Part shown: one piece after another, positions 19,702-30,261 of the stretch
Numbering within the stretch: position 1 is the first letter of the stretch
Layout of the letters: each line of letters begins with the position of its first letter
Assembly (NCBI GenBank): GCA_947453155.1
Contig: CANGFE010000004.1
Location: 7,101-71,100, forward strand
Length of the DNA stretch: 64,000 nt
DNA from: Beijerinckiaceae bacterium
GTDB lineage: Bacteria; Pseudomonadota; Alphaproteobacteria; Rhizobiales; Beijerinckiaceae
Direction: 5' to 3'
Position numbers and translations under genes: made by a program
The notes under the pieces: model-generated
Databases searched by the model: none
What the model was told of the DNA's origin: nothing
The model's input: only the letters and a program-made list of their open reading frames with translations

Positions 19702-21554
19702 GCGTCTTTGCGCGGCAGCGCGCGGCGGCGGCTGCGGAAGGCGAGCAGCAGGGCAATCACACCCACCGCAATCGGCACGCCGGCAACATTCACTGCAATG
19801 AGCATATTCTTGATCCAGTCGACATCCTTGCGCAGATCAAATTGCACGCCGCGCAATTCCTCGCGCGTGGCCAAAAGATCGCTCTTGAATTTTTCGATCG
19901 TCTTCATTTGCTCGGGCGTCAGCACTTCCGTGCCCTTCTGCCCGCCGCGTGCCAATTCTTGCAGCTTCTGCTCGGCATCTTTCAGCTTTTCTTGCAGAGC
20001 CTGTTCCTTGGCGCGATAGCGCTGGTTGGCCTCCTGCTCTTTCTGCTGAATGAGTTCAAACGGGCGCCACGAGACACCGCGTCCGCGCAAATCGGCCAAA
20101 GCCACGCCACCCGCCATTTGCTCAATGGCGTTGATGACAAAATCACCGTTATTGGCGAAAGCTTGGGCTACTTCCGAACCCATGACATTGCGACGCTGCA
20201 CCCAGGTGCGATCCATCAGCATGTCGGCATCACCCACCAGAATGACATTGGCAGGCTTGCTGTTGCGCGCGAGCGGCTCGCTCTTGGGCGTCACACCTTC
20301 AGGCGCTTTTGGAAACGCACTTTCCAGCGTGCCATTGAGGCGTGCGGCAATCACAGGAGCTGACGCAGGCGGCTCGATCTTGACGAGCAGCGCGCGCAGA
20401 TCTGTCGTGCGATCCTTCATCTGTTCGGCCGGCAAAATGCCGCCCTTTTTGGAAGCGGTGACAAGCGGGCGCAGGCTCACACCTGCTTTGGCGCTTTCAA
20501 ACGAACCGACGGTCGTCATCACCACCGCCGACAGCTGCGCGAGGATAGCGTCATCCTTGCGCAAGCCTTCATCATGCACGGCGAGCCATGGCAAATTGCT
20601 CATGCTGGCGGGGCGGCCATTGATCATGCGCTCTGTTTGCAAAGCAAAGCCCGGATCGGCAACCGCCTTGGTTGCGTCATATCGCACGCCCCAAGCCGCA
20701 AAGAGTTTTTGCAAATCCGACGAGCTATCAGCCGGTGGCTGACCACGCGGGCCAATCTGGCTTTCCGCGTGGGGATCAACAAAGATCAGCGTGGCGCCGC
20801 CCGACATGACCCATTGGTCAATCGCAAACAGCGTTTTGTCAGACAGGTTCTGCGGCTGCACGACCATCAGCACGCGGGTCTTTTCGGGAAGCTCGGTGAC
20901 TTCGCCTTGCAATGGCTGCACATCGAAGAATTGCTTCATCTGCACGAGCACTTGCTGCTCGCGCATGCCCAGCTGCGGATTGCCTTGCAGATTCATCCCG
21001 TCAATCAGCGCCACAACCGCCTTGCCCTTACGGTCGAGCTCGGCGACGAGGCGTGTCAGATCATATTCGAGATAGGCTTCACGCTCGGGCGAGAACGCCG
21101 CAATCGTCGCCTTGCCCGTCGTCGAATTGGTCGCGGCCAAGCCGAAGAACAGACGATCGCCATTCGACGCCTGCATCGGGCTGATGCCGAAGGCAACCGC
21201 GCGATCTTCCTCTTCCGAATAGGGTTTGGGGTCGATCACTTCGATGATGATCTTGCCTTTGGAAGAGGCAACATAAGCATCCAGCATGGCGCGCACGCGC
21301 GAGGCGAAAGCGGCAATCTGCGGGGCTTCGCGCGTCAGGCCTGACGACATGAAGAAACGGAAGCGAATGGGTTCGACGATCTCGCCCAGCATCATCTTCG
21401 TGCCATTGGACAGCGAGAAGAGTTTTTGTTGGGTGAGATCAATGCGCGCACCGCGCAAAGTGTTGGATGCAATCAGATTGATCGCGCCAAAAATCACCGC
21501 ACCCAAAAGGGCTGCAATGACGACGAGACGTCCTGTTGTGAAGGTCTTGGTCAT
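19698..21554 (-). CDS. GldG-family ABC transport auxiliary component
   Basis: RIDLTQQKLFSLS.GT, IDPKPYSEEEDRA, LEYDLTR, IDQWVMSGG, NNGDFVINA, C-terminal coiled coil and TM. Confidence 0.85.
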   Translation of the reverse strand: MTKTFTTGRLVVIAALLGAVIFGAINLIASNTLRGARIDLTQQKLFSLSNGTKMMLGEIVEPIRFRFFMSSGLTREAPQIAAFASRVRAMLDAYVASSKGKIIIEVIDPKPYSEEEDRAVAFGISPMQASNGDRLFFGLAATNSTTGKATIAAFSPEREAYLEYDLTRLVAELDRKGKAVVALIDGMNLQGNPQLGMREQQVLVQMKQFFDVQPLQGEVTELPEKTRVLMVVQPQNLSDKTLFAIDQWVMSGGATLIFVDPHAESQIGPRGQPPADSSSDLQKLFAAWGVRYDATKAVADPGFALQTERMINGRPASMSNLPWLAVHDEGLRKDDAILAQLSAVVMTTVGSFESAKAGVSLRPLVTASKKGGILPAEQMKDRTTDLRALLVKIEPPASAPVIAARLNGTLESAFPKAPEGVTPKSEPLARNSKPANVILVGDADMLMDRTWVQRRNVMGSEVAQAFANNGDFVINAIEQMAGGVALADLRGRGVSWRPFELIQQKEQEANQRYRAKEQALQEKLKDAEQKLQELARGGQKGTEVLTPEQMKTIEKFKSDLLATREELRGVQFDLRKDVDWIKNMLIAVNVAGVPIAVGVIALLLAFRSRRRALPRKDA

Positions 21555-21564
21555 GTGTGTGCCC

Positions 21565-22299
21565 TCACGCAGCCTTGCGCGCATCGAGAATCTGGACATT
21601 GAGCCAGAGCGCGAAGCCGATCAGCGAAATAAAGAAAACCAGAGCGGAGGCTTCAAAGACGCCATCCGTAATGCGCTGGAAATGACCGATGAAGGACATG
21701 GAGGCAATCACCTGCACCACAACATCGGGCGCCCAAGGCCGCACGGCGGCAAGCACCAGATCAAATCCGGCCATGACAAAGATGAAGCCCGCAATCACAG
21801 CGCCGATAAAAGCGAGCACCTGATTTTTGGTGAGCGCCGAAATGCAAGACGCAATGGCAAGGAAGGCGCCAGCCATCAGCCATGCACCCAGATAGGACGC
21901 GAGGATCACGCCATTGTCGGGTGAACCCAGCCAGTTCACCGTGATCCAAAGCGGCATGGTGAAAGCGAGTGCCAGCCCCGCGAAAGCAAAAGCAGCAAGC
22001 CATTTGGACAAAACAATCTTCCACGGCTGCACGGGCAGCGTCATGAGAAGTTCGATTGTGCCCAGACGACGCTCTTCCGCCCACAGGCGCATACCCACTG
22101 CTGGCATCAGCACCAGCAACAGCCAAGGCTGCCACGTGAAGAAAGAGGAGAGATCGGCCTGCGACCGATCAAAGAAATTGGAGACGAAAAAGGTCATGCC
22201 GGTTGAGACGCCCACAAAGACAGCCAAAAACACAGCCGCCAAAGGTGTCGCAAAATAAGCAGCGAATTCGCGACGGAAAATCAAAACAAGAGCGCGCAT
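21565..22299 (-). CDS. ABC-2 permease, GldF-like
   Basis: RREFAAYFATPLA, MRLWAEERRLGTIELLMTLP, TKNQVLAF. Confidence 0.87.
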   Translation of the reverse strand: MRALVLIFRREFAAYFATPLAAVFLAVFVGVSTGMTFFVSNFFDRSQADLSSFFTWQPWLLLVLMPAVGMRLWAEERRLGTIELLMTLPVQPWKIVLSKWLAAFAFAGLALAFTMPLWITVNWLGSPDNGVILASYLGAWLMAGAFLAIASCISALTKNQVLAFIGAVIAGFIFVMAGFDLVLAAVRPWAPDVVVQVIASMSFIGHFQRITDGVFEASALVFFISLIGFALWLNVQILDARKAA

Positions 22300-22300
22300 C

Positions 22301-23077
22301 TTACACTCCCGCCTGATCGAGCGTGATGTGACGGAAGGCATCTTCCAGCGGAGTCGTCTTCACAAGTTGCGGCATGGTCTCATCACGGTGCGGCGCATGG
22401 GCCAAAAGATCGGCCGGCGTGCCATCGGCGAGCATTTTGCCGCGCGCAATCACAATGGCGCGCGTGCAAATGGCTTCGACCTCTTCAAGAATATGGGTGG
22501 ACACGATAATCGCCTTGGTCGGCGCCAGCGTGCGGATCAGCGCACGCATTTCATGTTTCTGATTGGGGTCGAGACCATCGGTCGGCTCGTCGAGCACCAG
22601 CACATCGGGATCATGCACAAGCGCTTGTGCAATGCCCACACGGCGCTTGTAGCCTTTCGACAAAGCTTCAATGCGGCGGTTCCACACATCGGCCAGATCA
22701 ATGCTTTCAACAAGCTCAGCCAGACGGCGTTGGCCTTGTGCAGGCGAGAGGCCACGCATGCCCGCCACAAAAGCGAGAAAATCAGCGACGGTCATATCGG
22801 GATAGGCGGGTGCGCCTTCAGGCAGATAGCCCAGATGATTGCGCGCGGAGATGGGATCACGCTGGCTGTCGAAACCGGCCACAAAGGCGCTGCCCGACGT
22901 CGGCTCCAAAAAGCCCGCGATCATTTTCATCGTGGTGGATTTGCCAGCGCCATTGGGCCCAAGGAAGCCCACGACTTCGCCGCGACCCACAGTGAAGGAA
23001 ATCCCATCCACCGCCCGGACGGGCCCAAAGCTCTTGATCAACGCCCTCGTTTCGACGAGCGCTTGGCCGACCGCCAT
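22301..23077 (-). CDS. ABC transporter ATP-binding protein, GldA-like
   Basis: GPNGAGKST, LSKGYKRRVG, LDEPTDGLDPNQ. Confidence 0.9.
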   Translation of the reverse strand: MAVGQALVETRALIKSFGPVRAVDGISFTVGRGEVVGFLGPNGAGKSTTMKMIAGFLEPTSGSAFVAGFDSQRDPISARNHLGYLPEGAPAYPDMTVADFLAFVAGMRGLSPAQGQRRLAELVESIDLADVWNRRIEALSKGYKRRVGIAQALVHDPDVLVLDEPTDGLDPNQKHEMRALIRTLAPTKAIIVSTHILEEVEAICTRAIVIARGKMLADGTPADLLAHAPHRDETMPQLVKTTPLEDAFRHITLDQAGV

Positions 23078-23191
23078 GATCTTCTCCCTTATGGCCCGCT
23101 TGATTGGGGCCTTGGCCTCCCCGTCGCCTTCAGATGAAAACGACTGCGGCCATCACTTACGGAGAAATCCCGGCTTTTCAAGACCCTCGGG

Positions 23192-23731
23192 TCAACGAGG
23201 CAGGATCCGGTCAAAAATACCGTCCCGAGCAATGAAATGATGCCACAAGGCGCCCAGCACATGCAGGGCTACCAGCCCCATCAAGGCATAGGCGAAAGCT
23301 TCGTGAAGCCCCTCGGCCGCCTCATAAATCACCTTTTGCGATGTTATGGCAAAATCGAGTTTAAACAGGCCGAAATTGAACACCCGCCCATGCCAGACAT
23401 AGGCAATGATCCCGACGATGGGGGCTGCCAACAGGAGCCCGTAAAGCGCCTTATGGGTGAGGTTGGAGACCATTACGACGAGCGGCGACCAGCTCTGATC
23501 CGCAGCAGGCGCGGGATGCGTCACCCGCCACAGCAAGCGCATCAGAATAAGCCCGAACATAACGAGCCCGATTGTGGCGTGCAGGTTGATGTAAAAAAGC
23601 CGCGAGGCGCGCGGAATAGCCTCAAACAACAGGCCAAGCACCCCAACCAGCAGGAGCAAAATGGCAATGACCCAATGCAGGACAATAGCCACAAGATCAT
23701 AGCGGGACTTGCTGGATGACTGGCTCATCAT
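23192..23731 (-). CDS. Cytochrome b561 (CybB/YceJ family)
   Basis: LHW, LHATIG, HKALY, LH...LHVLGALWHH heme-ligand His pattern over 4 TM helices. Confidence 0.85.
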   Translation of the reverse strand: MMSQSSSKSRYDLVAIVLHWVIAILLLLVGVLGLLFEAIPRASRLFYINLHATIGLVMFGLILMRLLWRVTHPAPAADQSWSPLVVMVSNLTHKALYGLLLAAPIVGIIAYVWHGRVFNFGLFKLDFAITSQKVIYEAAEGLHEAFAYALMGLVALHVLGALWHHFIARDGIFDRILPR

Positions 23732-23815
23732 GCCTCTCCTTTTGAGAGACCCAATATAGACCACCCTGACCGGCAGAAATTGACCTCAAACAAATAGTCC
23801 ATCGACAGGCCCAGT

Positions 23816-24502
23816 TTAGGCGCTTGCCACCGAACCACCATGGATCACGACCACTTTGGCGCCCGACTGAATACGGCGGTGGAGATCGATAATGTCATGG
23901 TTGAACATGCGGATGCAGCCTGAGGAGACGGCCGTGCCGATGCTTTCGGGCTCATTGGTGCCATGGATGCGGTAATTTAACTCCGCCCCATCACGCCAAA
24001 TATAAAGAGCGCGCGCGCCCAGCGGGTTTTCGATCCCCCCCGGCATGCCACCTGCCACAGGCTTATACCGCTCAGGCATAGCCGCAATCATATTTGGGGT
24101 CGGCGCCCAGCGCGGCCAGACGGCCGAGCGGCCGATATAGCCGCCGCCTTTGAATTCATACCCGGCGCGACCCACCCCGCAGCCATAGCGGATTGCTTTG
24201 CGCTCAGGACGAATGAAATAAACATGGCGGTTTGGCGTATCGACGATGATCGTGCCCGGCGCCTGCTTGCCAGCATAATCAACAGTCTGACGCAGGAACC
24301 GCGGATCGACATCTTCGAGATCGACTTCCGGCACGGTGATGCCATTGTCCTCAAACTCGCCATAGGGACCCGCAAGGATCTCCCGCAGCGAGGGCGCCGC
24401 CGCATTGGGCGCTTGCCCAGTCGCCGCACAACCGGCGAGGCCAAAAGGCGCAGCGGCCAGAAAGAGGCGGCGAGTCAAAGCAAGCTTGTCGGCGGGTTTC
24501 AT
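23816..24502 (-). CDS. L,D-transpeptidase (YkuD/ErfK family), Tat lipoprotein
   Basis: TRRLFL + LAGC lipobox; NPLGARALY; IHGT...SSGCIRM. Confidence 0.92.
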   Translation of the reverse strand: MKPADKLALTRRLFLAAAPFGLAGCAATGQAPNAAAPSLREILAGPYGEFEDNGITVPEVDLEDVDPRFLRQTVDYAGKQAPGTIIVDTPNRHVYFIRPERKAIRYGCGVGRAGYEFKGGGYIGRSAVWPRWAPTPNMIAAMPERYKPVAGGMPGGIENPLGARALYIWRDGAELNYRIHGTNEPESIGTAVSSGCIRMFNHDIIDLHRRIQSGAKVVVIHGGSVASA

Positions 24503-24659
24503 CCGAAGAACACCTTGGAGTGAGAAGGAGGTGCGCGACCCCTAGCAACCCCGGTCCGAAGATGCGAGCCTTTTTTGGCCTAAAAAGCAAAGCCGCCCGT
24601 CTCTGCGGCAACAAGGACACAGAATAAGGCCCCGCTAGCCAATAAAGCCAAAGGATATC

Positions 24660-24896
24660 ATGGCTGAACCGCACCTTCCGGACGAGAGCCGCCAAGAAAG
24701 AGAGCAAGAAAAGCACCGCACCAGGGTCAATTGGATCGCGGCTGTCTTTCTCCTGCTGCTGTTCACCTTTGCCTTCTGGGTTGTGAAATTATTTCACGAC
24801 CAAGAGCAATTACAGCGCTGTCTGGATGCTCGGCGCACCACTTGTTTTGAACTCAAAGAACCGCCGCGCGACGGCATCCGACTTCCGACGCATTGA
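24660..24896 (+). CDS. Small single-TM hypothetical protein
   Basis: AAGGA RBS; TM segment followed by QRCLDARRTTC Cys pair. Confidence 0.6.
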   Translation: MAEPHLPDESRQEREQEKHRTRVNWIAAVFLLLLFTFAFWVVKLFHDQEQLQRCLDARRTTCFELKEPPRDGIRLPTH

Positions 24897-24967
24897 CGGT
24901 TTTCCTGCCAGGGCAGACGCTCCTCTTCAAGAGCCTTGGGGGAGGCTCATAAATGGGGAGGACTGCC

Positions 24968-26626
24968 ATGCGCCAATTGCCGCGGACGCTTGTGGGAGCA
25001 AAACTTGCGGGAGCGAGTGCTCTTTTACTCACGTCTTGTCTCTTTGCTTTCGCTGAACCCAATTTCAACGGGTCAGTGAGCGCGCCCGAGGGCGCTTTGG
25101 AAGGCGTGCTGATCAGCGCCAAGAAAAGCGGTACGAATAAAACAGTCACCGTTGTCAGTGATGAGAAAGGTGCATTCAGCTTTCCAGCTGGGCGTTTGAG
25201 CACGGGCGATTATGAAATCTCCATCCGCGCCATTGGGTATGATCTCGAAAGCCCGGCGAAGATCAGTGTCAGCGACGGCATGAAGCCAGTCAGCGTGAAA
25301 CTCGCCAAGACAAAAGATCTCGGCGCGCAAATGTCGAATGCGGAATGGATCATGTCCATGCCCGGCGACGAAAAGCTGAAAGATTTTCTGACCGATTGCA
25401 CCGGCTGCCACACATTGCACCGTGTCGTTGGCTCTGATTACAAGGCCGATGATTTCCCAGATATTTTCAAACGCATGGGCTCTTATTCGCCGGGCTCAAC
25501 TCCAGAAGCGCCACAACCCCTCCTGCCCGGCCCGCGCGGCGAGCGCCCGCGCGTCAATGCGCAAATCATCAAGCCCGCATCCGAATTGCTGGCCCGCGCT
25601 AATCTGTCGGGCGAAAAGACCCATTCTTATGCAATGAAAACTTTGCCGCGCCCGAAGGGCCGCGCCACCAAAGTTGTCATCACCGAATATGATCTCAACC
25701 GCCGCGAAGCTCAGCCCCATGATGTGATCATGACCAAGGATGGCATGATCTGGTATTCGGATTTCGGCGCGCAATTCATCGGCTCGCTGGATCCTGCAAC
25801 CGGCAAAGTCACGGATTATCCGATCCCGACTTTGAAGCCCGATGCGCCCAAAGGCTCGCTGCAAATTGATGCCGATGCAGACGGCAATTTGTGGATCGCC
25901 ATGATGTATCAGGCGGGCGTCACCAAATTCGACATGAAGACGAAACAGGCGACCGCCTTTCCTGTGCCCCAAGAATGGCAGACAGGTTCAACGCAGGAGA
26001 GCATGGTCTCGCCGCAATATTCGAATGTGGATGGAAAAATTTGGACCAATAATCAGGAGACACACAAACTCTACCGCGTCGATGTGAAAACTGGCCAATA
26101 TGAAGATATGGGCGAGCCCAAAGATGTGAATGGCGTGTCCATCAATGGCTACGGCCTTGTCGCCGATCCGCAGAACAATCCCTATATGCTCGAATTCGGA
26201 AATACGCGCGTCGGCAAATTCGATGCGAGCGCCAAAATGCTCACCGTCTATCCGACACCCAGCCTGCGCTCACGTCCACGCCGCGGCATGATGGATGAAC
26301 AGGGCCGTCTCTGGTTTGCCGAATATGCGGCCAATGCGATTGGCATGTTCGATCCCAAGACCGGCGCCATGACCGAATGGCGCCTGCCAACACCCTGGAG
26401 CAATCCCTATGATGCGGTCTATGGCAAGGGCGAGGCTTGGGCGGGCTCGATGAGCAATGACCAAGTGGCACGCCTCGATGTGGCGAGCGGCACTTATGTC
26501 GAATATCTGCTGCCGCGTCCGACCAATATTCGCCGCACCATTTTAGACACGCGCGGCGCCAAGCCCGTCTTGTGGATCGGCTCGAACCATGGCGGTTCCA
26601 TTATCAAGGTTGAACCGCTGGATTGA
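24968..26626 (+). CDS. Secreted protein: carboxypeptidase-regulatory-like domain + CxxCH + Vgb-like beta-propeller
   Basis: Signal peptide; EGVLISA...SDEKGAFSF...GDYEISIRAIGY; CTGCH; repeated propeller blades (DGMIWY, GNLWI, GRLWFAEY); GAGGA RBS before ATG 24968. Confidence 0.8.
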   Translation: MRQLPRTLVGAKLAGASALLLTSCLFAFAEPNFNGSVSAPEGALEGVLISAKKSGTNKTVTVVSDEKGAFSFPAGRLSTGDYEISIRAIGYDLESPAKISVSDGMKPVSVKLAKTKDLGAQMSNAEWIMSMPGDEKLKDFLTDCTGCHTLHRVVGSDYKADDFPDIFKRMGSYSPGSTPEAPQPLLPGPRGERPRVNAQIIKPASELLARANLSGEKTHSYAMKTLPRPKGRATKVVITEYDLNRREAQPHDVIMTKDGMIWYSDFGAQFIGSLDPATGKVTDYPIPTLKPDAPKGSLQIDADADGNLWIAMMYQAGVTKFDMKTKQATAFPVPQEWQTGSTQESMVSPQYSNVDGKIWTNNQETHKLYRVDVKTGQYEDMGEPKDVNGVSINGYGLVADPQNNPYMLEFGNTRVGKFDASAKMLTVYPTPSLRSRPRRGMMDEQGRLWFAEYAANAIGMFDPKTGAMTEWRLPTPWSNPYDAVYGKGEAWAGSMSNDQVARLDVASGTYVEYLLPRPTNIRRTILDTRGAKPVLWIGSNHGGSIIKVEPLD

Positions 26627-26656
26627 ATGCAGAAACTAAAGGCCTTCACGCGAGCG

Positions 26657-27724
26657 CTAAGCGACGATGTTCTTGATCAGCGCTTGTGTGAAGGCTTTCG
26701 TCCCCAACGTGCCGCCCAGATCGCTTGTGCGGGTCGCGGGATTGTCGAGCGTCAGATCAATTGCTTTTTCAATCGCAGCCCCTGCCCGCGCATATTCAAA
26801 ACGATTGAGACGTGCAGACAGCCACATCAGCATCATGCCGGCTGAGACAATCAAAGCCGTCGGATTGGCTTTGTCCTGCCCCGCAATAGACGGCGCCGAA
26901 CCATGGGCCGCTTGCGCCACGCCATGATCAGTCCCCGCATTAAGCGAAGCGCCCAGGCCCAAGCCACCAGCGAGCTCCGCGGCTTCATCCGACAAAATAT
27001 CGCCAAACATATTGGTCGTGACGATCACGTCATAGGGGCGCGGATCGCGCACCAGCAAGGCGGCCATGGCGTCAACGAGCTGCTCTTCGACGGCGACGTC
27101 CGGAAAATCTTTTGCCACATGGCGCACAGCATCCAGAAAGAGACCATCTGACACGCGCAAGACATTGGCCTTATGCACGACGCAAACCTTTTTGCGCCGT
27201 GTCATCGCCAATTCGAAGGCAGAGCGCGCAATGCGCTCGCTCGCATGGCGCGTCACTTTGCGCATGGCCATGGCGAGATCAGGGATCGGCATGAATTCGC
27301 CTGTACCCTCATGCATCGTGCGATCGGCATAAAAGCCTTCCGTATTTTCACGCACGACGATCAGATCAAAAGCATGACGGCTGGGAGCGGGAATGGAAGC
27401 GCGCGTGCGCGAGGGGCGAATATTGGCGTAGAGATCAAGACGCTTGCGCAATTCGCCCGATGGATTCAGTCCGCCTTCAGCAACTGGCGGATAGGCATTG
27501 TGCGAGACGGGACCCAGCACCACACCATCAGCTGCGCGGGCTTCCTCGAGAACATGGGCGGGAAATGTCGTGCCTGAGGCCTTGAGCGCGGCAAAGCCAA
27601 TGTCACTCGATGAAAATTGCAAACCGAGCGCGAAAAGCTTGTCGACATGGCGCAAGACGTCCACGGTCGCGGACGTAATCTCGGGGCCAATGCCATCGCC
27701 TTCAAGGACCAAAATCTTCGTCAT
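26657..27724 (-). CDS. Isocitrate/isopropylmalate dehydrogenase family protein
   Basis: GDGIGPE, LDLYANIRP, VRENTEG, HKANVL, NMFGDILSDEAA, HGSAPSIAG..KANP; substrate not assignable. Confidence 0.88.
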   Translation of the reverse strand: MTKILVLEGDGIGPEITSATVDVLRHVDKLFALGLQFSSSDIGFAALKASGTTFPAHVLEEARAADGVVLGPVSHNAYPPVAEGGLNPSGELRKRLDLYANIRPSRTRASIPAPSRHAFDLIVVRENTEGFYADRTMHEGTGEFMPIPDLAMAMRKVTRHASERIARSAFELAMTRRKKVCVVHKANVLRVSDGLFLDAVRHVAKDFPDVAVEEQLVDAMAALLVRDPRPYDVIVTTNMFGDILSDEAAELAGGLGLGASLNAGTDHGVAQAAHGSAPSIAGQDKANPTALIVSAGMMLMWLSARLNRFEYARAGAAIEKAIDLTLDNPATRTSDLGGTLGTKAFTQALIKNIVA

Positions 27725-27812
27725 GCTTGTCTCTCGCACGTCTTGCATCCGCGCATGGCAAAGGCCCTGCGCAGATTGTGCTTAACCCAAAGGCAGAGAC
27801 AGGAAAAGGACC

Positions 27813-30236
27813 TTAGCCGCCCTGGCGCAGGCTCACGACGAGCGCGGAAAGTTTGGAGCTGTCGAAATTATCAATTGTCGTCTGGCGACCATTATTTCCG
27901 GTCATCACCAGAGTGGCGATCTTGCCCATGCGTGCCAGAGCGCTCAAGCCCTGCAACGAATTTTGAATCTCGGTTGCGGTCCCCACGATGCGCAGGCCAC
28001 CCACAAGATTATTCGCCGCCGCATTGGTGAAATTGGCGTAAGAGGATGGCGACGATTTCTTGTCAGAAATAGTGATGATGCCTGCGCCGACTTTTTCAAG
28101 CAGCGGGATCGAGCGCGCAGCCTGAGCCGCGGTCAGAGGCAATTGCCCACTGGGCGCAACAATCAATTCACCTGTTTTGGCATCAATCAACTGAACCGTT
28201 TTGACGAAACCATTGCTGATGAGTTTGTTCAACTTGTCGCTATTGTTGATCAGCTGATCAGCCGAGCCCTTCACATTGAGCCCATAGACTTGCGAATAGG
28301 CGGTGAGGCTTTCCACTGCACTGGGCGGCACATTGGTCAGCTCGACGCCAAAGGTCGGATTGCCTTCAGTCGCGCGCGCAAATGATTGGAAGGACACAGG
28401 CGGCATTTGCGCAGGTGAATCAGTGTTCCAAGTTACAATAAAATCTTCACCATCTGCTTTGACCGCCAAATCAAGCGTACCATTATCCAAAATAGCTTTT
28501 CCAACTTTTGAAACAATCTCTTTAGTTAACTCGGCTTTGTTAGACCCTTCGGTTGTCAGGGGACCAACTTGTATAGAGACAGGATTTCCATCGCCTTTAT
28601 TGATAGATAAAGCGAAGCTCTTTCCAGTTAAAAAACCTTCCGAAACTTGGATTCGCTGTGAACGATTCCGAGAATCATATACACCTAAACTGAGAGCCCC
28701 ATTCGCTGAGGGCACGCTAATCTGTAGTGGTGCTGTAGGAACAGATCCACTGTTTGGCCATGTGAATAATAATTGATTTCCTTGCCGGGAAATGCTTATG
28801 CCCAAAAGATTGGGATCGCTTTTCTGTGCCAAAGCAAGTGCCGTGTTGAGCGATAGAGTTAATGCACTAGCTTGTTGTTCTGCGCTTGCACCATTGGGCA
28901 GCGTTAACGGCCCCGCATTTAACTCGACTGCTCGTCCATCTGCCCCAAGAAGAGAGATCTTAACAGTATCTCCATTTTGGTACTGACCCTCGATTTGAAT
29001 TTTTTGTGTCTTGGTCGCAGCAGTATATTCTGTGGAAACTAAATTAATAGGAGATGGTTTGACGGTAATCGCATTAACCAAGTTAAAACCGCCAACAAAT
29101 TGCTGGTAAGAGAGTTTCGACATAGTTGTCGAAAGGGAACCAATCGGAAACTTAGATGACGGAACACCTAGGTTGAGATTTATTGCAATATCGCGGTAAT
29201 TGTTGAGTACGCGCAAATTCTCCCATTTATCTGGCGCCAAAATCGACTCAGCACTCGCGTCCACTGTAATCTTGCCTGAATAGCGAGCCAAGGTTTTAGC
29301 ACCCAATGATTGCACAACGTCAGGCGTCAGCGTCACCGGACTAGACTGCCCGTCAATTGTCACTTTTGTCGCTTGGTTTACTTCAATCCGTTTCTTGAAG
29401 TCTGCAAGCGTATCCGGATCCATGTCGGACGCTACTTTTCCGTCCAAACCCGTGATAAAATTTAAAGAGAAATTACTCGTCACTTTGAGCAAATCACGCG
29501 CAAGTAGGTTGCTCTGAATCTTGGCGTAAGTTTCCCCATCCAACTTTACCGGCGCATCATTAGCAGCACGCACATCGACCAGTTTACGCCCGCCCTGCGC
29601 TGTTAAAAGATTAAGCAGCTTTTCATAATTAGGTACACGGCTGAAATCTGCACGCAGTGATTTGAACCCTAAAGTGGATGGCAACAGTTGTGCAGATTTT
29701 ACGGATGCGTCACCTGCCGCATCAAAGCTTTTTGGTAAATTGGCGTCACTTACAGAAACCCACTTTCCGTCTGAGCCCAACCCGTACCATTCGATAGATG
29801 TGTCATTATAACTTTTATATTCCGACGTCTTGAGGCGCATATCCGCCATCGACATTGGTAGCGTTTTATCACTTGAGTTTTTAATTGTGGCGAGATCAAA
29901 AGTCTTGCGAGAGCCCGGTACCGCCGGCGGCAGCAATTCATTAATATTTGAATCAAGGTAAAGGGTGACACCAGTCAAATCGGATGGTGAATAACCTGGC
30001 TGCTCCATTTTCGTAAAAAGCTCATTTGCCTTGAGCTTCGCCGTCCCCGCCAAGAGAGACTTTGCCGTTGTCGAGAGCGAGACTTGGACGGCATTTGCAC
30101 TGGGGGTCAGAGGCGCGGCCTGACCACCCGCCTTGCTCTTCAGCGCGGCCGTAGAGGCCTGCTTCTGCGACCCTGCTGACGTGCTCAGCGTGGTGACATA
30201 TCGGCCAGTGGTCGGATTATAGACGGTAACGCTCAT
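27813..30236 (-). CDS. Large hypothetical Ser/Thr/Gly-rich protein (~807 aa), probably extracellular
   Basis: Long open frame, no Cys, no Sec signal; internal repeats; AT-richer centre; ATG 30236 chosen because TTG 30266 overlaps the sigma54-like promoter. Confidence 0.75.
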   Translation of the reverse strand: MSVTVYNPTTGRYVTTLSTSAGSQKQASTAALKSKAGGQAAPLTPSANAVQVSLSTTAKSLLAGTAKLKANELFTKMEQPGYSPSDLTGVTLYLDSNINELLPPAVPGSRKTFDLATIKNSSDKTLPMSMADMRLKTSEYKSYNDTSIEWYGLGSDGKWVSVSDANLPKSFDAAGDASVKSAQLLPSTLGFKSLRADFSRVPNYEKLLNLLTAQGGRKLVDVRAANDAPVKLDGETYAKIQSNLLARDLLKVTSNFSLNFITGLDGKVASDMDPDTLADFKKRIEVNQATKVTIDGQSSPVTLTPDVVQSLGAKTLARYSGKITVDASAESILAPDKWENLRVLNNYRDIAINLNLGVPSSKFPIGSLSTTMSKLSYQQFVGGFNLVNAITVKPSPINLVSTEYTAATKTQKIQIEGQYQNGDTVKISLLGADGRAVELNAGPLTLPNGASAEQQASALTLSLNTALALAQKSDPNLLGISISRQGNQLLFTWPNSGSVPTAPLQISVPSANGALSLGVYDSRNRSQRIQVSEGFLTGKSFALSINKGDGNPVSIQVGPLTTEGSNKAELTKEIVSKVGKAILDNGTLDLAVKADGEDFIVTWNTDSPAQMPPVSFQSFARATEGNPTFGVELTNVPPSAVESLTAYSQVYGLNVKGSADQLINNSDKLNKLISNGFVKTVQLIDAKTGELIVAPSGQLPLTAAQAARSIPLLEKVGAGIITISDKKSSPSSYANFTNAAANNLVGGLRIVGTATEIQNSLQGLSALARMGKIATLVMTGNNGRQTTIDNFDSSKLSALVVSLRQGG

Positions 30237-30261
30237 GTCTGATCCCAGTTTGCTTGGGATC

